Shown: in pieces, positions 40,599 to 52,854 of the stretch | Layout of the letters: each line of letters begins with the position of its first letter | Position numbering within the stretch: the first letter of the stretch is position 1 | Source of the DNA: Pseudogymnoascus verrucosus | Taxonomy: Eukaryota | Reading direction: 5' to 3' (one strand) | Length of the DNA stretch: 64,000 nucleotides | Assembly (NCBI GenBank): GCA_001662655.1 | Contig: KV460206.1 | Translations under genes and position numbers: made by a program | Notes under the pieces: generated by a model | Seen by the model: only the letters and a program-made list of their open reading frames with translations | Databases searched by the model: none | What the model was told of the DNA's origin: nothing

Positions 40599-41011
40599 GT
40601 TCTTGTATTGATTTGACGGGCGCACAGGACGGCAGATAGGAACGGAAAGCTGGGGTATTAGGCGTACAAACGGTGGTGGTTTCCACATATTCACTTTTAT
40701 GATAGACATTACGAGCCCTCACTTTCTGTACAACAGGGAATATTGTTGTAAAATTATACGTTCTACTCTTTGAGTGAGTACTTTTAAAACGACTTTTGCT
40801 CCATCCAGCGCCTTCCATACACGTAGTTGATATCTGTGCAGTCCTGTAAAACGCTCGCTAATACTGTTGAACTCCGCTGTATACGCCACCCTGCCAGCAG
40901 GTACAAACCCCATGCCTTGCTATTTACCATCGACTCTTTCTATGCCTTTCATTTACAATCTATTCCACCTCCGCCCGACCCCCCAAGGCTCTCTATCACT
41001 ACCCTTCTCGT

Positions 41012-41834
41012 TTAGTTCTTCTTTCCCCGCTTGGCCTTCGCGCGCTCCTTCTCGCGCTTCTCGTAGATGCCAGCCGTGAACGGATCCTCGAAGCGAAGCG
41101 CAACAAGGTAGACAACCAGCACCTCGATCGTCAAGAGCACGCCGGCCGGCTTTCCGTACCAGAGCGCCGTCCCGAGGAAGCTTAGAGTGGAACCGTAGTA
41201 CATCGGCGCATCGGTAACGTTGAAGGGGAAGCTAGTGACGCGGGAGTCCATCAGGATACCGAAGTAGTCGCCGAGATACGTGCCGGTGAGACCAAGGGCC
41301 CACATGCTGGAGATAACGAGAACATTTCCGGCGAGGAAGAGCCCGCCGGCGATGAGCTTGACGAGATCGGTTTCGAGGTCTGGGTGTCCGGGCTGGCTGC
41401 GGAGGGCTTGCTCGTAAAGGTAGTCGCGGAAGATGCCAAGAGAGAAGATGGATGCAGCGAGGAGGTAGCAGCCTAGGCGTGCGTTGCCGCCAGCGAGCTT
41501 CGTGAGGACCTTGTTATGGTATTCTGCGGGTTATTAGAGAGGAGTTTGCAGGCTGGGAGTGGTGAGGTGGTCGAGGGTGGACGAACCTTGGCGGGCAACC
41601 GTGCTGTGCGGGGTTAGCTTTTGGATTCAGGTACAAGAGTGGTATAGGTTCACTTACTTCCAGTATATGGGGTTGAATGCAATGGCAGCTGCGGCGACTA
41701 TCGGAGTGTCAGTGGCATTTTTTTAACTGACACTGGCATGTGACCAGAGAGCCTAATATTCATGTAAACATACCTGCAAGGCTCTTCTGGTCGAAGTCGA
41801 CGAAGCCGCTGGCGAGTTTGAGGTATTCGGCCAT
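41012..41834 (-). CDS. OPI3: Phosphatidyl-N-methylethanolamine N-methyltransferase (exons 41834-41774, 41697-41658, 41603-41587, 41523-41012)
   Basis: Motifs FNPIYWNTVAR, MWALGLTGTYLGDYFGILM and EDPFTAGIY. Exons sum to 630 nt, in frame. Confidence 0.95.
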
Positions 41835-42802
41835 GTTGACGTGGATAAGGTGACAGGAACTATCGTTGACAAGTTGCAGTTGACGAGGAAAGCTTGAAGA
41901 CGTGACGGCGGCAGAAGGCGGCCCCGGTTCCTGGGCAAGCTCCCAAGCGAGCTCTATTTGGTGGATACAAATGACGTTAATGAGGCGAGGCTAACCATGA
42001 AATGTTACCCGAAAGTCTGGAAAGAGTCGCCTCTATAGCTGAGAATATATAACGGTAATTTAAGTCGATTAAAATTATCCCTTTAACCCTTTTTTACAGT
42101 AGCTGGGCCATTTAAAGCTATCCTGAGTGACCGAGAGGCTATATTTTACTTACCGTTGCTATAAACAGTGTCTGTTGTGTGCAGTTCTTGACAGATGAGC
42201 CTTGCGCGAGCTCATTTGGATACACCAACTTGGTTCACATATTCAAGGTAGTGCATATTATTTTGATGTTAATTCATTGTAAGCCTCTTCTATTCCATCG
42301 AAGCCTATACGCGTTTTCGCCCCCCCGATCCATTTATGAGCACTATCAAGCCAAGCCTGAAGATAGATGAAGGCCGAAAACATGCAAACGTCCCACCCCC
42401 CCATTTCGATACACAAACAAGAGTAGAAGGCATTCCCTGGCAATGCCGCTATTAAATTGCGAGGCAGCAGGCCCAGGAAGCGGGTATGAAGATAAGGGTA
42501 GAGCAGACCAATAGCAAAAAAGCAATATTGTCCAAACGCCTAGCACGCCTCGAGCATGTACATGACGCCAGACAGATGAGTGAAGGAAATAAGTGGTGCA
42601 CCGAACCAGGCCAGTGCGAAAAGCAAACACCATTGCATTGCAAAATATTGGGAACCAGCAGGATTGCTCTGGCCCCATCCGAGTAGAGTCGTTTTTCCGT
42701 CTACCGTTCGTAATTTTTCTTTCGTGATCCATCCAAAGAGTTCATTTCAGTTGTAGCGAAAACTCAGTTTGAATATGCCAAGCATTGTTTATATTATCTC
42801 GT

Positions 42803-44398
42803 TTATTGAGAAACGGAATCCAAAGGTTGAGAGATTTCGATGCCGAGCTCTTCGGCATGCTTCTTGGACCATTGGCGGGAGTGGATTGATGCTAAGCCGG
42901 AGTTAGTAAAATATCAAAGAAGGTTTGAGTGGTGTATATAGTAGACTTACCCTTCATGAACTTCTTGCTGGCATACTTCTTGAAGAACGCCTCGTGTGTG
43001 ACTGGGCGAGCGAGATAGTCGACCATAAGAATAAAGATTGGCTCAATTTGTTCTTCCGAGTATCCAGCGTAGTGTGCGAGGGTGACATCCCAAGGGCCTT
43101 TGTCAAGGATCTTGCGAGCCAAGTACATGGACGAAGCGGCGATCTCGCTAGGAAGATAGCCCATGAAGCGGTGATCAAGGAGACTGATCTCCATGAGGTA
43201 CTTGCCCAAAGTACGGGTCTCGATATCATAGTTGTCGGCCTTCGAGATACGTCTGAGGAAGTTCATTGGGTTGGGGTAGCTTAGGTCATAGTTGAGGGCT
43301 GACAGAACGTAGCGCTCGGCGCTGAGGATCTCGGCTTCCGTGAATCCGTCGTCGGCGACGTGGCGGAAGTTCTGAACGTGAGGCGAGAGGACCTCCTCGT
43401 ACTTAGAAGCGATGAACATGGCCGTGACCCCAACGAGTTGGAGGCGATCGAGCTGAACCACCTTGGCAGACAAGAAACGATCGAGGATGTTGACAGCAAG
43501 GAAGAGAGTTTCCGGCAGAAGGTGGAAACGAGTGTGAACCTCAATCAGCCAGTCGACAAGGATGCCACGCATCTTCCATTCCAAATCTTCCTGGTGCTTC
43601 ATGTAGACTGGGTTGGGCATGGTTGCAACCTCGAGCTCCTTCAGGTAGTCGAAAATCTCGTGGACGTATTCAGCGACCATCAATGGGTCGTCAATATCCT
43701 CGGCATCAAGGTCGAGAGGGAGTTCGGCTTCTGGCTCTTTGATAGCCTCAACCGGAACACTCTCCACCTTGTTTTCACTCATAACCTCAGGAGCAACTCG
43801 CTTTTCAACACTGGTGTGGACCTTTTTCCTCGCAGGCTCCTCATCTTCTGTGACGGACTCTTTGATTGAGAGCGAGCTTGTGCTCGAGGTTGTTTGCCTC
43901 TTCTTCGTGACACCACCACCAAGGACTCCAGAGCCGCTGGCCGTTCTCTTCAGTTCAACCGTGGATTTTTTGTTGTTATCCTTCGAGCCCAATGCGGTTC
44001 TCGTGGAGTTGGTTCGGGACACCTTTTGGATGCCAGTCGGTTGGGCGGCCTTGGACACGAGGCCACTCTTTCCCAAGGGCTTCTTTCCCTCGACAGCTCC
44101 GTCACCCTTTGTAACATTGCTGACGTCTCCCAGTGCAGCACGCTTGCGTTGGAGAGGCTGGTTGATTTGGAGACCTGACTTCTTGGATTGAAGTGGCTTC
44201 TGGGCAGCGCTGGACAGGTCGTCTACGCTAAGAGCAGCGGCCTTAGCCCTGGTCAGTCTTGTTGTTCCGACATTCTCATCGTTCTCGTTCGTTGCCACTC
44301 GGGTTCTGAGTGCTCGGGCCTGTTGGGATTGTGTTAGAGCCTGTGAATGTGTGGAATTTGCATTTGACAACAAACGCGGCAATACTCACTGGAGGCAT
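42803..44398 (-). CDS. nimE: G2/M B-type cyclin (9-nt first exon MPP; introns 44320-44389 and 42892-42950)
   Basis: Destruction box RAALGDVSN, cyclin box MRGILVDWL and FIASKYEE. Confidence 0.95.
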
Positions 44399-45415
44399 AT
44401 TTGAGGATATAGACAAGTATAATGATTGTTTCGAATGTTATATGAAGCTATAATTATATTAGCAACGCGTACAGAAGGCTAAGGCGTGCTGGCTGAAGTA
44501 GGCGTAACATTGGTGACAAAGACACCATAAACAACGCGTCTTTGTTGCCAAAACAACTCGTGGAGGATGGGATGCCTTACAGTATTGAAGGAGTCTATGT
44601 GTGCATAAACTGTCGAGAATTGTAAGAGTGTTGGGGATAGGAGCGTGGTCGATGTTGACGCTGTGTAGAAAGGACTTGGTAAGAGGCTGCCACGTCTCGG
44701 GGACACCGCTACTGAGCGTTAGGATAACTCAGTGCGTCAAAATAGAGTGATCTCGATCATGGACGCGGAGAACAACAAGAATTGGGTGAAATAGAGGTCG
44801 TGGAGGTAGAAGTAGAAGGTTTGTTGTTGACGTCGGAGGAGGAATGTAGGAAGAAAGACTACGAAGTACTGACCTGTAGGTGGAGCTTTGCGTCTCCGTG
44901 CTTGTTTGTAGGTCTTAGCGCGCGAGTTTCAACGCCAAGAGGAGGTGGGAGGCGACGCGATTTGAGACGAAGTGTCGAGGAGTATCTGGCAAAATAAATC
45001 GAGCGTATAATTTCGAGTAGAATAGAAACTATAGTGAGACTTTATAATAAAGAAGTTTTCATGGCCGCATTTTTGTATGTTTTTGGGGATTTATCACGAG
45101 TCGGTTTTCGTGGTTTTCGTGTACAGAGCTGTTGCGGGGGAGTATACTTGGGTACTTTCGCTTGAGTTAGTTTCAAGCCGCGAACGATAAACATAGCAAC
45201 CGCAGGGCAACGACTAGCGTCTCAATTCTTAACGCGCCTGATTGGTCAATTCAATCAACCAATGAGAACCCGTGTGTCTCAATGGAGTTCCGAGCTAAGA
45301 AATTCATCAAGACAGCACGGATCGACCCTGGAAGCGACGACCAGGTGCAACTTATCCCCTTCAACCACCATCATTCAAGCAATACTCCCAGAACGGCTGG
45401 GACGGATTGCTTAAG

Positions 45416-46657
45416 ATGCTGCAGCCCAGGGTACTGCTGCGGGCGCAGAGGCCGCTATGCCACACCCTCACGTTGCGGCCTCTCCGCCCTCGAACATATG
45501 CCACGGCTGTCGAAGAACCAATCCCGGCTGAGTCTCAGCAGACCTTCACAACTACCTCGATCTCGTCGAGTTTTGCGCCTCCGGCTGTTGTCATCGACAG
45601 CAATGCCAGCTTTGCTATGCGCACGTACACACCCAGGACTCCGGGTGTGCGTCATTTGAAGCGAGCCATCAACGACCACTTGTGGAAGGGCCGACCGTTT
45701 CTCCCATTGACCTTCGCTAAGAAGGGACATGGTAAGGGTGGAAGGAATAACTCTGGACGTGTGACGATCAGGCATCGTGGTGGCGGACACAAGACGAGAA
45801 TCCGCACAGTGGACTTCGAAAGGATGGTTCCTGGACCTCATATGGTCGAGCGTATCGAGCACGACCCTGGACGGACAGCGCATATTGCGCTGCTGAACGA
45901 GGAGGCTACTGGCAAGAAGAGTTACATTGTTGCTCCTGAGGGGATGAGAGCAGGAGATGTCGTACAGAGCTACCGCGCTGGCATCCCGAAGGACTTGCTT
46001 GATAGCATGGGAGGAGTGGTCGATCCCGGTGTGTTGGCAGCTAAGACCGCATGGAGAGGAAACTGTCTGCCATTGCACATGATTCCCATGGGAAGCATTG
46101 TCTACAACGTCGGCTCCGCTAAGGGCCGTGGAGCAGTCTTCTGCAGAAGTGCAGGCACATACGCCGTGGTCATCAGCAAAGATGATGCTACGACCAAGGG
46201 CGGCGAGAAGCATGTCACGGTCAAGCTACAGAGTGGTGAAGTCCGCAAAGTCAGCAGGGAAGCATGCGCAACGATTGGTGTCGCTAGCAACCCCCATTAC
46301 CAGCACGAGCAGCTCGGAAAGGCTGGCCGAAAGCGCTGGCTCAACATCAGGCCCACCGTCCGTGGTCTTGCCATGAACGCCTGTAAGTTATCCATTTGCT
46401 GGTCCCGAAGCCCTCATTTCTAACAATAATATAGGCGACCATCCTCACGGAGGTGGTAGAGGTAAATCGAAGGGTAACGTCGATCCCGTCAGCCCGTGGG
46501 GTATGCCGGTAAGTTCTATCACATAACTATACCGCAAAGCAAATATCTAACTTCAATCTAGGCGAAAGGAGGATACAAGACGCGCCAGGTCCGCAAACCC
46601 AACAAGTGGGTTGTCACACCCCGTGTGCGTAACGGCGGCAAGCGTAGAGCCAAGTAG
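45416..46657 (+). CDS. RML2: Mitochondrial large ribosomal subunit protein uL2m (introns 46383-46434 and 46509-46561)
   Basis: Motifs [18 protein letters not shown] and [19 protein letters not shown], with an Arg-rich presequence. Confidence 0.95.
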
Positions 46658-47574
46658 AGAGACACTACCTTGGGGATACGTAGGAGAAGCGTTTTGTTTG
46701 AATGGCGACGGTGTGTAAGACGGATGAGCGGAGCAGGAAAGCAACTGTACTTGTACTACTATATGCATATATGCGCCGAGAGGAGGCGCAACCCCGAGAT
46801 ACTTCCTAGTACTCGGCGTGTCCGTATCTCGGTGAGCATATCGGCGTTAGTCCTCTCCCTGTAGTATAGAATGGCTCGTTTGGAGGAGCTAGCTGGATCT
46901 AGGCGCGGGATCTCCAGAATGGGGACTGAGCCGAATCTCTTGTATAGATAGAAGCGGGGAATATATACATATGTTAAATTATTTTACGTACCACCTGCAA
47001 GCTTACTATCTTGGTCTGTTAGGTGCTTTTCGTCTGCCTGATGTTCTGGGAAGTAATATTGGCGGGCAACCTCGGGGCTCGGGGCAGGTAGCTGCATTGC
47101 TTACACGAAGATATTGCTGGGGATTGGTCTTGGCGGAAATGGTGCTCGCGCGACGGAAAAATCTGTGAGGTGGGAAACACATCATAATCAGCTAGAGGTT
47201 GGGAATAGCTGCTAAAGCTCATTGCGGGGTTGGTTGTTCATAGTATCTATGAATGAAACAGAGGCTTTCAATCACTTAGGGATGTAACTATCATATCAAG
47301 ACTGTTCAATAAGCCTGGTTCTCACATATCAAGGCTAAGGAAGGAAATGCATCAGTTTTTATTCCCATATGAATTCTTATCTATACATATTCCCTCGGGC
47401 TTCAAGACCGCACGAGCATGCAGGACCTCCACAGCTGTCCACTACCATTGAAGGAGCCCAAATACTCCAGTTGCATCCGCAACAAACGCTTTTGGTAGTC
47501 CCATTTCACAACAATAAAAACGGATCCCTCGCCATTTATGTCTTCTCTCCTCTCACCCTCCTCTACCTTCCAAT

Positions 47575-47990
47575 CTACCTCGGGCAAGAGCCCGCGTAGT
47601 TACCGGTCTTGCACACAGACGTACTGCCATAATTACAGCACGCCCCGCTGGGACCGCACTCGAAGCTATCGCGCGTATAAAACCCGCCTGTCCCAGACTC
47701 AATCACGGCCTTGCACAGTCCGCAGTACACGCCCTGCGGCGTGTTTTTAGCGCACTTGCAGCCGTTCTTTTCACAATCGCGTTTCTCTAAGCCGAGGCTT
47801 CGAGTGTCGAAGCCACGGTTCTTAAGGTCCTGGTCGCGCTTGATCTTAGCCTCGACATCGTGGGCTAGGTGGAGAGTCAGTGGGTGTTTTAAGGTGGAAG
47901 CGGGAAGGGGGAAGTACGGGAATCGTCGACTATAGCAGAGGCCACAGCGAGGAGGGGCGCAAATAGGAGAGCGACCTTGATGAGCTGCAT
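47575..47990 (-). CDS. Small secreted cysteine-rich prepropeptide, 120 aa (exons 47990-47918, 47864-47575)
   Basis: Spliced protein: MQLIKVALLFAPLLAVASA-IVDDSPHDVEAKIKR-DQDLKNRGFDTRSLGLEKR-DCEKNGCKCAKNTPQGVYCGLCKAVIESGTGGFYTRDSFECGPSGACCNYGSTSVCKTGNYAGSCPR. Intron GTACTT..CTGAC..TAG of 53 nt; CACC-ATG start context. Confidence 0.88.
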
Positions 47991-48991
47991 GGTGACTGAA
48001 TTGATGTCGTAGAGGCTATCTTAAGGAGGAAATTCAGCCACCTTTGGAAAGATTTGATTGCGTTGAAGCGCCCAGTGAAGCAGTTGCAACAAAGAGTAAG
48101 AGAGAAGCTCTCCTCGCGGGGACCATCTTCCTTTTCTCCACACGACAGCAGCCCTACCCACTATGTCTGTCTCTCATCAAGGGAGACAGCGATCGCCGAC
48201 TGCCAAGGAATGGCTGTGCATGACCTGCGCCATACGGAAAGGGGTTTTAGACCCCCCGCCCTCCAATGGCATGCCTCATTGGATGGTGAGCGAAATAGGC
48301 ATCAATTCTCAACGACGCTTAGATCGTCAAATCGAGAAACGGCACAGAAATACCACGCTGTACCAACCATTGATCATTTTTGAGACGACTTCGAGAGAGC
48401 CATGCTCGTGTCAGTGGGTGGTCGACACAGTGGATTGGATTTGGTTTGTGAGCTTGTGAGGGAGTAGGCGGTTTGGGGCAGGTGGATGGCAGCTGGTGTG
48501 TTCGGGGTGTAGGGATGATATTATTTGTCTTGGACTATTAGAATTATAGATGGCCAGCCCGTGCTTTGAGAAGTCTAGAATATGGTGGCGAAGCTAGTCT
48601 CAGGTATCGGAGAGGTTACTAACTGTCGGTGGAAGAGGTGTGGCTGATGCGGGGCTGAGAGAACGTCTGGAAGAGTATAATTGATAGAGGCACATAACTT
48701 AATAGGTTACGCGAATGGTTTTCAAAACTCGGCGGCCCTTTAAGTAAATAAAATACGTCCTGACTGTACTCCATTTATAACATGAGATGGCAGGAAGGCT
48801 GCTGAAAACGGTTCCTTTCGATGTTGTTTTATGACAGCCCTGCCAAGCAGCATAGCCACTAGAGTACGGTCCGCGCCGGGGCTGCCCCGCGCCGTTAGTG
48901 TGGCGGTGCACGAATCCTACTATCATACATATCTCAGCCTTTGCCTTGATGTAAAAAAAATACGCTCAAACACACTGATCGTGGGGATCCG

Positions 48992-50389
48992 ATGGAACAT
49001 ATCGATGGTTCATTTGGTTTGTAACTCCTATTTATAACTTGGTATTCAGTCTAACACCCTCAAGGCCTCGCCAGCCTCCTGACGGAGGTGGCCAACACAA
49101 CGTTCGCCAACGCAACGTTCACCAATGCCGCCGCCCTTTCTACCACTGCCTGCCCCGATGACAGCAAAGTACCATGGCAGTCAGCACTTTGGGCGATCCT
49201 AGCCCTTGCCCTTAACGCCATGACGCAGCCCTCAAGCGCTGACCCCTCCCCAACTCCCGCCATCTCCTTCGTCCGCTCCTCCCCTGTCATTTGCTTTATA
49301 GACGCTGTCTCCATTCCCATATGGCTTGCCGTAGGATGTTACTATGGCGAGTCCACCACCAACTCACTCACCTCCAAACGACTAGCCACACGCCCCAACC
49401 GCACGCCCGCCAGCGCCCCGATCTTTTCCGCTACCACCAGCGCCGTCTTCTTCATTCTCGGTCCCCTTCCCCAAGCCATTAAGCTAGCCGGCATGTCCGG
49501 CGTCTCCTTTACCAAATTTATTGGCTTCATCTTCCTCGTTGCCTACCTCCTTGGCGTCTACGAAGCCGACGCCGCCCACCGCGCCTCGCGACGCCATACC
49601 GAGAAACCCTGGCTCTCATTCGCCGTGAAAGCACAACGCATCCCGGAGACCGTGCGCATCCGTCTCGCCTGGCTCGACGAGGTATTGCGCTATTACATTT
49701 TCTTCGTTCACTTCTCCTTATGGGTGGTAGTCGCGCACATGGTGGTTTATCCGAGCACGAATGCCGGTAAGGTGGCCGCAGATCGACTTGAGGAGTCGGT
49801 TATATTGCTTACCTACCAGCTACCAATTGTGTTTATTGCCGTGCCAGCGGGGCTGTGGGGAAAAAGACATTTAGGAAAGTGGCTGCACGAACGGTTTTCT
49901 GGGAGTGTCGGGCCTCAGAGGATGAGGAAGGTGGTCCATGCGGGTCTTCTATATGGACCCGCGGTGCTTTCAGGCTTCTCAGCCTTCGCACTGTCGATTT
50001 TCTTGTTCCAGCTCCTCAAAAATTACGCTAGGTCCAAGCAGGAGGTTCGCTTGGGCTGGAAGGCGTATGCCGATACAAAAGATTCGTTCGTAAAACTCTC
50101 GGGGTTCATACTCGTGCTGTTTGTCCTCGCCGTTTGCATTCCTCTCCTCTCCTTCGGACTCTACTTCGCCAAAATGTTCCTTGACCTACTCATGGAGCCA
50201 GAGCCTGAAATTAACAAGCCGAAGCTGGAAAAGGAGGCGGATGACGAGGAAGACGCGGTTACGACGGTTTATAATATAGCAGTGCTGGGGTTTGCATTGT
50301 CTAATCTGTTCTTTGCGATTTTGTTTTACGCCCATGGCTATGTTGCGGAGGGGACGTCAAAGCCAGGGTGGAGTGAAATGTTGGGCTGA
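48992..50389 (+). CDS. Uncharacterised polytopic membrane protein (short first exon from ATG 48992, acceptor at 49064)
   Basis: 433-codon open frame with roughly 8-10 hydrophobic segments. CTAAC..AAG acceptor lies upstream. Donor at 49008 or 49017, both in frame. Confidence 0.7.
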
Positions 50390-50546
50390 CCGTTGAATAT
50401 TTATGATAATGAGAGAAGAATATACAGAGAGAGATAGATATAGAAAGGCCTTACCCACAGTCTAAACTAGTGCCGCCTAAAATCACAAGGATAGGGTTAT
50501 TCTACCAGGAATCCTTCAAAGCATTAAATTAAAGCAATATAGTTGT

Positions 50547-51980
50547 CTACGCCTCCTTGCCCACACTGACTTGCTCTACTACTCTCTCATCCTCAGATAT
50601 ACTCCCTAACTTCTCTAGCTGATCAAACTTCTGCACAACCTGCAATGTGGCATAATACGCGAATGGCAGCGCAATAAACCAAAACGCGAAGTTGATACTC
50701 GCCGTGGCTATCAACGCCGTCGGCACCGCCTGCACTCCGAACCCCACCGCAACCGCCGCCGTCTCAATCCCCCTCAGCAGAGAGCTGTACCGGATTTGGT
50801 CACCAGGAGAATCAGACAAGTTGCTAATACACCAGTAGATGTAATTCTCCACCATGCCGAGACTGATTCGCTCAAACATATACAACCCGAAGCCGCGCCC
50901 GAAAGAGCTCTGATCCCCCCAATCTAGCGTCGGCTTGGTGTGACGGTACTCATTTTGGATGTACACGGCCCAGATCCAGGTCGCGCTGTTGAGCAGCGCA
51001 ATTAACACGAATGCCGTTATGGCCCGTGTCTGCCGCCGTTTTGCCCACGGTAGGTCCACGATCGAGCCGCTCACCCAGGTAGCTATCGTCCCGACGACGG
51101 CGGAGAGGAAGCTTGCTAGAGCGCGCGAGCGTACTGTGAAGTATGTCGCGAGATACGTGCCGGGGTAGGCTTGGATCCAACCATAGTACCAGAACAGCGG
51201 GAATAGGAGCAATATCGGCTTGCTGCGGAGTAAGCGCCACATCTCCTTCCCTTCGTCCCTCCACGCTGTTCCCCGTTTGGCCTCGATGCGAGTCCCGTCA
51301 TCGCGCTGCACCTTCTCTGGATTCGATAGTAGCAGGCCGAAGAAAAAGCCTAGGCACTGAATGGCGATGAAGCCGAGGTAGGTTTCATAACCAATCTTAC
51401 CGCGGTGGTCTGCCTTGTGGTTGATAGCGAGGGAGATGGCTCCCCCGATGATATTCCCAAAATTCCGGAACGTGAACCACGTCGCGATATACCGCCCGCG
51501 CTTTCCCTGCTCCGGATACCCCGTAGCGATGGCTCCCTCCACGCTCCAGAAGAATCCTGCACTCAGCCCGCACGCAACAGCGCCAACATACACGAACCAC
51601 GTCGACCCGAAACGGTTATTAACATATAACCCTGCAGCGTAAAGGGGGTAGCCGAGAGAGCCGATTGCGAGCGTCCAGCGGAACCCGATTATGTTAGTGA
51701 GCCACGGCCCGGCGAAGCAGGTTACTGTCATAAAGGCATAGAGTAAGGCATTGGCGGCGTTAACCAGGTCTGGGCTTTGAGAACCACCCACACCGAGGCC
51801 GTTCATGGCGCTCCATATTCCGGGGGCGCTGAATGCGCAAATACCCACGACGAGGATTTGAAAGAGAGTGCTGCGAAAGAATGGGGGCTTCTGCCGGACC
51901 GGTGGTGGTATGGGACCCGTCGCGGTCGTAGGGGAGCTCTCTTCGAGCTCCCCCTGCTTGACACTAGACGACGTTGACAT
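50547..51980 (-). CDS. UNC-93-like (DUF895) MFS membrane protein
   Basis: Motifs PGIWSAMNGLGVGG, GSLGYPLYAAGLY, AGFFWSVEGAIATGYPE and KVQRDDG; ~12 TM segments. Confidence 0.88.
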   Translation of the reverse strand: MSTSSSVKQGELEESSPTTATGPIPPPVRQKPPFFRSTLFQILVVGICAFSAPGIWSAMNGLGVGGSQSPDLVNAANALLYAFMTVTCFAGPWLTNIIGFRWTLAIGSLGYPLYAAGLYVNNRFGSTWFVYVGAVACGLSAGFFWSVEGAIATGYPEQGKRGRYIATWFTFRNFGNIIGGAISLAINHKADHRGKIGYETYLGFIAIQCLGFFFGLLLSNPEKVQRDDGTRIEAKRGTAWRDEGKEMWRLLRSKPILLLFPLFWYYGWIQAYPGTYLATYFTVRSRALASFLSAVVGTIATWVSGSIVDLPWAKRRQTRAITAFVLIALLNSATWIWAVYIQNEYRHTKPTLDWGDQSSFGRGFGLYMFERISLGMVENYIYWCISNLSDSPGDQIRYSSLLRGIETAAVAVGFGVQAVPTALIATASINFAFWFIALPFAYYATLQVVQKFDQLEKLGSISEDERVVEQVSVGKEA

Positions 51981-52854
51981 ATTGCGTCGAGGACTAGGGC
52001 GCAAGAGGTGGATTGGAGGTTATATGAGGAATGTGGTGCAGCACACTGCACTTTAAACGGCGCAATAAATCCATTGTGGTACTACATCGTTTCTTATGTA
52101 TGTCTTGAACAGTTCGTGATGATCTGTGGACCTGGGCTCTGTAGATCTGTGAGACGTGCATCCGATAAGCACGCAATATGAGACATCATAAACGTGACAG
52201 CCACGATTCCGAGAAGTCCTTCTGCCCCATGTAACATCGGCCGCGTTTCTTTGCCAATAGTACGATGATGGTTAGTGTCATTATTTCCTGTTTTAGGAAA
52301 CAATTATATGTATTTTTTTGCTTTTTGTCTGTTAGGTAGTTGCAAAGTCGACTGGCTGGTAGGGATCTGGATGATCTATGTCGCGTGCAAGACCCAGAAC
52401 CATGTGTTAAAGACCGAGCTCACTTAACTACTCCAGACTCCAGACTACAGTAGGCAATGTGGCTAAAAAAGGGTTATGTTAAGATTTTAGTCTTCAATTG
52501 CCATATTAATTGCCGTACTCAAAGCGTACTCTACGCTACTGTGCTACTGCAGACTACTTTATGTCGTGACCCTGTTCCCCGGGAAACTCGGCAACAGCTT
52601 CACATATCACGATATTACTTCAACATACAGTGGCGGGGATCTAGAGGCGTTCATTCCGTGCTTTTAGCACATATGAGAGAATACCAGCCGTCTGGGCCCC
52701 ATGGGTTGACTGTGCGCATGGATTATGATAACATTGGAGATAAAAAACATGGCGATATCCCCCTCTTTGTGGCGGGGTAAGCAGAAGATTAAGTCCACAA
52801 CATCTGGAAATTATATCACTTTCTTCTGAATAAGACTGCACTATCTGTGTCATC

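Noticed and set aside
46768..46841. Inverted repeat CCGAGATAC/GTATCTCGG in the RML2 3' region
   Set aside because: Only a 9-bp stem and no recognisable RNA family.
47019..47222. 67-aa minus-strand ORF with a CKQC motif
   Set aside because: There is no second Cys pair, signal peptide or supportable splice extension.
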